A stretch of DNA of 63,080 nucleotides from Bacteroidota bacterium (lineage in GTDB: Bacteria; Bacteroidota; Bacteroidia; Palsa-965). Positions 58,873 through 63,080 of the stretch are shown piece by piece. Position numbers and translations under genes: made by a program. How positions within the stretch are numbered: the stretch's first letter is position 1; each line of letters opens with the position of its first letter. The notes below the pieces were generated by a model. It searched no databases and had not been told where the DNA came from. It worked only from the letters and a program-made list of their open reading frames with translations. Location of the stretch: the NCBI GenBank assembly GCA_021299855.1, contig JAJTEY010000005.1, forward strand, positions 1 through 63,080, written 5' to 3'.

Positions 58873-59746
58873 AACCACTGTTTACCGGCTCGGTCAAATC
58901 GACCAAGAACTGATTTACAAATTTATTGACGCAGCCTTAGCTGAGGATGTTGGCGATGGCGATCATACAACCTTATCAACTATTCCTGAAGATGCGCCCG
59001 ATGCGGCGCATTTGCTCGTTAAAGAAAACGGTGTAATTGCCGGAGTTGAATTAGCAACGATGATTTTCAATCGCGTTGATCCTCAATTAAAGGTAAACGT
59101 TGAAATTCAAGATGGAACCTTTGTACAACGCGGCGACATTGTCTTACGTGTTCACGGCAAAGCAAGATCGATAACAATTGCCGAAAGACTGGTATTAAAC
59201 TGCATGCAACGCATGAGCGGAATTGCAACACACACCCAGGAATTGGTAGCCCTTTTACAGGGATTGAACACGAAAGTTATTGATACGCGCAAAACAACTC
59301 CATTATTCCGATACTTCGAAAAATGGGCTGTCCGTATTGGCGGCGGCGCAAATCATCGCTTCGGACTTTACGATATGATTTTAATTAAAGACAATCATGT
59401 CGATTACGCGGGTGGAATTAAAAATGCCATTGATCGCGCTCATGATTATTTGGTAAAAGAGAATAAAAATTTAAAAATTGAAGTGGAAGTCCGTAATCTC
59501 GATGAGCTGGAACAAGCACTAAATACGGGTAAAATACATCGTATTATGTTGGATAATTTCTCGCCGGCATTGCTTCATCAGGCTATCCGGCGCATCAATA
59601 AACAATACGAAACCGAGGCTTCAGGGGGAATTACTGCAGAAACCATCAGAGCCTATGCAGAAACCGGAGTCGATTTCATTTCTGTTGGCGCTTTAACACA
59701 TCATGTCAATAGCTTAGATTTGAGTTTGAAAGCTACCCGTGCATGA
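58865..59746 (+). CDS. nadC: Quinolinate phosphoribosyltransferase
   Basis: AL.EDVGDGD.T, ER.VLN..QRMSGIAT, DTRKTTP, NHRFGLYD..LIKDNH, IMLDN, EASGGI, ISVGALTH. Confidence 0.97.
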   Translation: MNKTTVYRLGQIDQELIYKFIDAALAEDVGDGDHTTLSTIPEDAPDAAHLLVKENGVIAGVELATMIFNRVDPQLKVNVEIQDGTFVQRGDIVLRVHGKARSITIAERLVLNCMQRMSGIATHTQELVALLQGLNTKVIDTRKTTPLFRYFEKWAVRIGGGANHRFGLYDMILIKDNHVDYAGGIKNAIDRAHDYLVKENKNLKIEVEVRNLDELEQALNTGKIHRIMLDNFSPALLHQAIRRINKQYETEASGGITAETIRAYAETGVDFISVGALTHHVNSLDLSLKATRA

Positions 59747-60714
59747 TACGCCGCATCCTGAATATTTTTCTGAACACCCGGTTTGTTCGACGTCTCAACA
59801 TTGTTGCTCACAAAATTTCATTACCTGGATTTGAAGGTCATTCTTTATACGAAGTAGCTGCATTCTTTTATCGCGGGATCAATCAAGGGAGTTTGCAGTT
59901 GCGCGCTGCAGCAATGGCTTATTCTTTCTTCCTGGCCTTATTCCCTACGCTCATATTCCTATTCACGCTGATTCCATACATACCGAGTAAAGAGTTGCAA
60001 CCTGCAATATTGAAGTTGATGGAGGATATGTTACCAGAAAATGCCTTCGCTGTATTGGATGATACGATCCATGATATTGTTACAAGAGGCAATTCGGGAT
60101 TACTATCGTTCGGCTTTCTCGCTGCGTTATACTTCAGCACCAATGGATTCAGCGCAATGATCAACGGATTTAACGCCAGTGTGCACGTGCACGAAAAGCG
60201 CACCATGATTAAACAGCAAGGTGTTTCATTCGCCTTTGTTTTAATTCTTACGCTGGCATTAGTCGTAATGACAACTGTTTTAATTTACTCGGAATATTGG
60301 TTAAAATCTGCTTTCGAACGTCCTGTATTGGAACTCATCGTCGTGAAATTTGGAAGGTGGTTGATCATCGGTTTCATCTTAATTGCAGTAATCGGAACAT
60401 TCTATCGCCTTGGTCCTGCTGCGCGCATGAGCAAGTACTTAATCAGTCCCGGATCGCAGTTATCCGCTTTTTTAATATTATTAACCACCATGGGCTTTGC
60501 GTGGTACGTGGACAACTTCGGCAATTACAACAAACTGTACGGCTCCATCGGAACTGTTATCGTATTGCTGATCCTGATTAACTGGATTTCCATGATGCTG
60601 TTAATCGGATTTGAGCTGGATGCCGGTATTGCATCTGCGCGTGCCAAAGCAAAATCATTGCTGGAACAGCAAGAAGCCGAAGCTGAAAAGTCCAGTCAAT
60701 CGGAGGTAATTTAA
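59743..60714 (+). CDS. YihY/virulence factor BrkB family membrane protein
   Basis: AAAMAYSFFLALFP, SPGS, YNKLYGSIGTVI..L.W...LLIGFEL. Confidence 0.9.
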   Translation: MIRRILNIFLNTRFVRRLNIVAHKISLPGFEGHSLYEVAAFFYRGINQGSLQLRAAAMAYSFFLALFPTLIFLFTLIPYIPSKELQPAILKLMEDMLPENAFAVLDDTIHDIVTRGNSGLLSFGFLAALYFSTNGFSAMINGFNASVHVHEKRTMIKQQGVSFAFVLILTLALVVMTTVLIYSEYWLKSAFERPVLELIVVKFGRWLIIGFILIAVIGTFYRLGPAARMSKYLISPGSQLSAFLILLTTMGFAWYVDNFGNYNKLYGSIGTVIVLLILINWISMMLLIGFELDAGIASARAKAKSLLEQQEAEAEKSSQSEVI

Positions 60715-60766
60715 GCGGTTAAATCACGCATGAAGGTTATATTTGTTCTTCTTAAAACTGACCTTC

Positions 60767-63080
60767 ATGAGAGTCCTGCTTGTTATTGCTGTAGCAGTTT
60801 TTTCCGCACTGCAACTTAATGCTCAGTCGAACGACATTAAATACCGTTCTGTAGAAAATCCGTATTACTGGAAAAATCGTCCTCCGTTCCCCGGATATTG
60901 GCAGCAGGACGTGCATTACACGTTAAAAGTAGCATTAGATGACACTAAAGATGTTGTATCGGGAACAGAAGAGTTAACCTATTACAACAACTCGCCCGAC
61001 GAATTAACGTTCGTGTATTTCCACTTGTATCAGAATGCATTTCAGCCGGGCTCTTACACCCACGATTTACACGCACTGAATAATTACAACATCAAATACG
61101 GTCCGAACGAAAAAAACAAGTTGGGTACTGTTGTTTCCAACATGACTGTGGATGGTCAGACTGTTAAAACAGAATTGGACAATACCATTTTGAAAATATG
61201 GTTGCCTAAGCCATTAAAACCGAATCAGTCGGTGAAATTCAAAATGGATTTCTCCACATACTTCGATGGCGGTGGAACAATTCGTCGCCGCATGAAAATG
61301 TACAAAGCATATGGCTACAAGCATTATGATGGCGTGCACTGGTATCCGCGTATATCTGTTTACGATAGAAAAATGGGTTGGGATACCGACCAACATTTGA
61401 CCCGCGAATTTTATGGGGACTATGGCGTTTTTGATGTTGAAATCACCATGCCCAATCATTACATCATGGATGCGACCGGTGTTATGGTTAACGAACAGGA
61501 GATGTTACCTCCTGATCTTCGCCAAAAATTAGACATTGCCAACTTTGCGAAAAAGCAGTGGGAGTCACAGCCGAGCGTAATTGTGGAACCCAACGGAACA
61601 ACGAAGACGTGGAAATTCCACTCCGAAAATACGCACGACTTTGCATGGACTGCGGATCCAACCTATCGTATTGGAGAAGTGGTATGGAAAGGTATTCGTT
61701 GCATTGCTTTAGTTCAGGAACCGCATTGCGCCGGATGGCTGGATGCAGCCGCATTTACCGCTAAAGTAATTCAGGTGTATTCGGAAGATTTCGGCATGTA
61801 TGCTTATCCGAAGATGATTGTCGCGGATGCGCGTGATGGTATGGAATATCCAATGTTAACCTTGGACGGAGGTTATGCGCCGGATTATTATGATCTCATT
61901 GCGCACGAAGTCGGACACAATTGGTTTTATGGAATGGTGGGCAACAACGAAACGTATCGTGCATTGCTGGATGAAGGATTTACACAATTTCTGACGGCAT
62001 ATGCATGCGAAAAAATTCTGGGCAAAAACAGAGTGCGTATGCCTTATCGATCAAAGTATGTGGAACGATTTACCGATCCTGAATTGTACATCGATGGTGA
62101 AGTGTATAACGGTTACATGAATGAGGGTGTGAACGATCCTGTAACCGTAATCGACCAGCACTCCGATCATTTTAACAGCGCTTTAAGACATGGTGGCGGA
62201 TACGGTCAGGTATATTCGAAAACCGCTACAATGTTGTTTAACCTGCAATATGTTTTGGGCGATTCCTTGTTTCAGGCTGCAATGAAAAACTATTTTGAAC
62301 AATGGAAATTCTGTCATCCTTATGTTGAAGATTTCAGAAACTCTATGATTCAGTTTACGCATGTAGACTTGAACTGGTTCTTCGATCAGTGGCTCACCAC
62401 ATCTAAAACTATTGATTACAAAGTTGGCCGTGTAAGTAAAGGTGATTCAACTGACGTCTATAAAATTAAGTTTGAACGTAAAGGTCGAATGCAAATGCCA
62501 CTCGACTTCACAGTATACGCTAACGACGGCAAACAATACAACTACTACATTCCGAACACGTGGTATGAAAAACAAACGACTGCAACAGTATTACCGCGTT
62601 GGATCGGATGGGACAAATTGCGTCCATCATACACAGCTGAAGTTGTTATTCCGACAGGCATTCAGGATGTTCGCATTGACACTACCAATCGTCTTGCGGA
62701 TGTGAACATGTTGAATAACAGCAATAAAACACCGGTAAATTTCCACTTCGATCACCGCATCTATAATCGTCCATCATGGAAAGAGTATGATCTGTACACG
62801 CGTCCTGATTTTTGGTACAACAGCTACGACGGATTGAAAGCCGGTTTTTACCTGGGTGGTGATTTCATGAATGTTAGACACACGTTCGATTTAACATTCC
62901 ATTACAACCTTGGAGCATTGCGTCCTGAATTGCCGGCAAACGCAGAGCTCAATGCATACGACCAGTTCAGCGTACAATTCAATTACAGAACTCCGTTGCA
63001 CCGTTTCGTTCGTAATTCAGCCATTGTGTTAACAGGCCGAAACATCGACGGATTAAACATGGGATTGGTAGGATTGGAAT
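60767..63080 (+). CDS. M1 family zinc aminopeptidase, secreted, with long C-terminal extension; runs off the window end and is absent from the ORF track
   Basis: My translation: signal peptide MRVLLVIAVAVFSALQLNA-Q, YWQQDVHY, DGMEYP, HEVGH-X18-E (AHEVGHNWFYGMVGNNETYRALLDEGF, near 61904). Same frame at 60.8, 61.9 and 62.8 kb; TATATTTG -7 element at 60738-60745. Confidence 0.92.
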   Translation, partial: MRVLLVIAVAVFSALQLNAQSNDIKYRSVENPYYWKNRPPFPGYWQQDVHYTLKVALDDTKDVVSGTEELTYYNNSPDELTFVYFHLYQNAFQPGSYTHDLHALNNYNIKYGPNEKNKLGTVVSNMTVDGQTVKTELDNTILKIWLPKPLKPNQSVKFKMDFSTYFDGGGTIRRRMKMYKAYGYKHYDGVHWYPRISVYDRKMGWDTDQHLTREFYGDYGVFDVEITMPNHYIMDATGVMVNEQEMLPPDLRQKLDIANFAKKQWESQPSVIVEPNGTTKTWKFHSENTHDFAWTADPTYRIGEVVWKGIRCIALVQEPHCAGWLDAAAFTAKVIQVYSEDFGMYAYPKMIVADARDGMEYPMLTLDGGYAPDYYDLIAHEVGHNWFYGMVGNNETYRALLDEGFTQFLTAYACEKILGKNRVRMPYRSKYVERFTDPELYIDGEVYNGYMNEGVNDPVTVIDQHSDHFNSALRHGGGYGQVYSKTATMLFNLQYVLGDSLFQAAMKNYFEQWKFCHPYVEDFRNSMIQFTHVDLNWFFDQWLTTSKTIDYKVGRVSKGDSTDVYKIKFERKGRMQMPLDFTVYANDGKQYNYYIPNTWYEKQTTATVLPRWIGWDKLRPSYTAEVVIPTGIQDVRIDTTNRLADVNMLNNSNKTPVNFHFDHRIYNRPSWKEYDLYTRPDFWYNSYDGLKAGFYLGGDFMNVRHTFDLTFHYNLGALRPELPANAELNAYDQFSVQFNYRTPLHRFVRNSAIVLTGRNIDGLNMGLVGLE

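Noticed and set aside
1-63080. CRISPR arrays, tRNA/rRNA, IS elements, prophage, retron or anti-phage defence genes
   Set aside because: No spaced repeats, RNA-gene signatures, transposase, integrase, reverse transcriptase or nuclease motifs seen; nearly all sequence is accounted for by recognisable genes.

Overview
A gene-dense 63 kb chromosomal segment from a Bacteroidota bacterium. The assignment rests on T9SS type-A C-terminal domains, TAnnTTTG/TAnnTTTA -7 promoter elements, a DnaK with the DCGGGTHD variant and D-S/T-hydrophobic O-glycosylation sequons in secreted proteins. I saw no rRNA, tRNA, CRISPR, integrase or transposase. From left to right: (1) an MBOAT, DHHW and SGNH-LysM envelope O-acylation operon, cut at the left edge; (2) cinA, DUF4197, two USPs, a nucleoside phosphorylase and a SirB1-like gene; (3) glycan locus 1 (10.3-24.6 kb: Wzm/Wzt, methyltransferase, GT2s, GT11, GT2-GT4 fusion, GT4s, ligase, aminotransferase, phosphoglycosyl transferase); (4) core genes rny, zapA, an M23 peptidase, T9SS cargo, a PorF-like TonB-type barrel with its lipoprotein, dnaK, a PASTA protein, a frameshifted two-module D-Ala-D-Ala ligase and rdgB; (5) AT-richer glycan locus 2 (42.8-57.9 kb: sulfotransferase with mutated PAPS motifs, Wzm/Wzt, four FkbM and one Zn-type methyltransferase, GTs, galE, a convergent GT-C-like membrane protein); (6) rlmH, DUF4783, nadC, yihY and an M1 aminopeptidase that runs off the right edge and is missing from the ORF track. 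The best leads are the tandem Ddl whose second module has D-Ala-D-Lac-type substitutions, the multi-methyltransferase ABC-exported glycan with a candidate GT-C transferase, the LysM-linked O-acylation operon, the M1 peptidase with a barrel-like tail, and sigma54-type promoters at dnaK and DUF4783-nadC. All calls come from reading motifs by eye; no searches were run.
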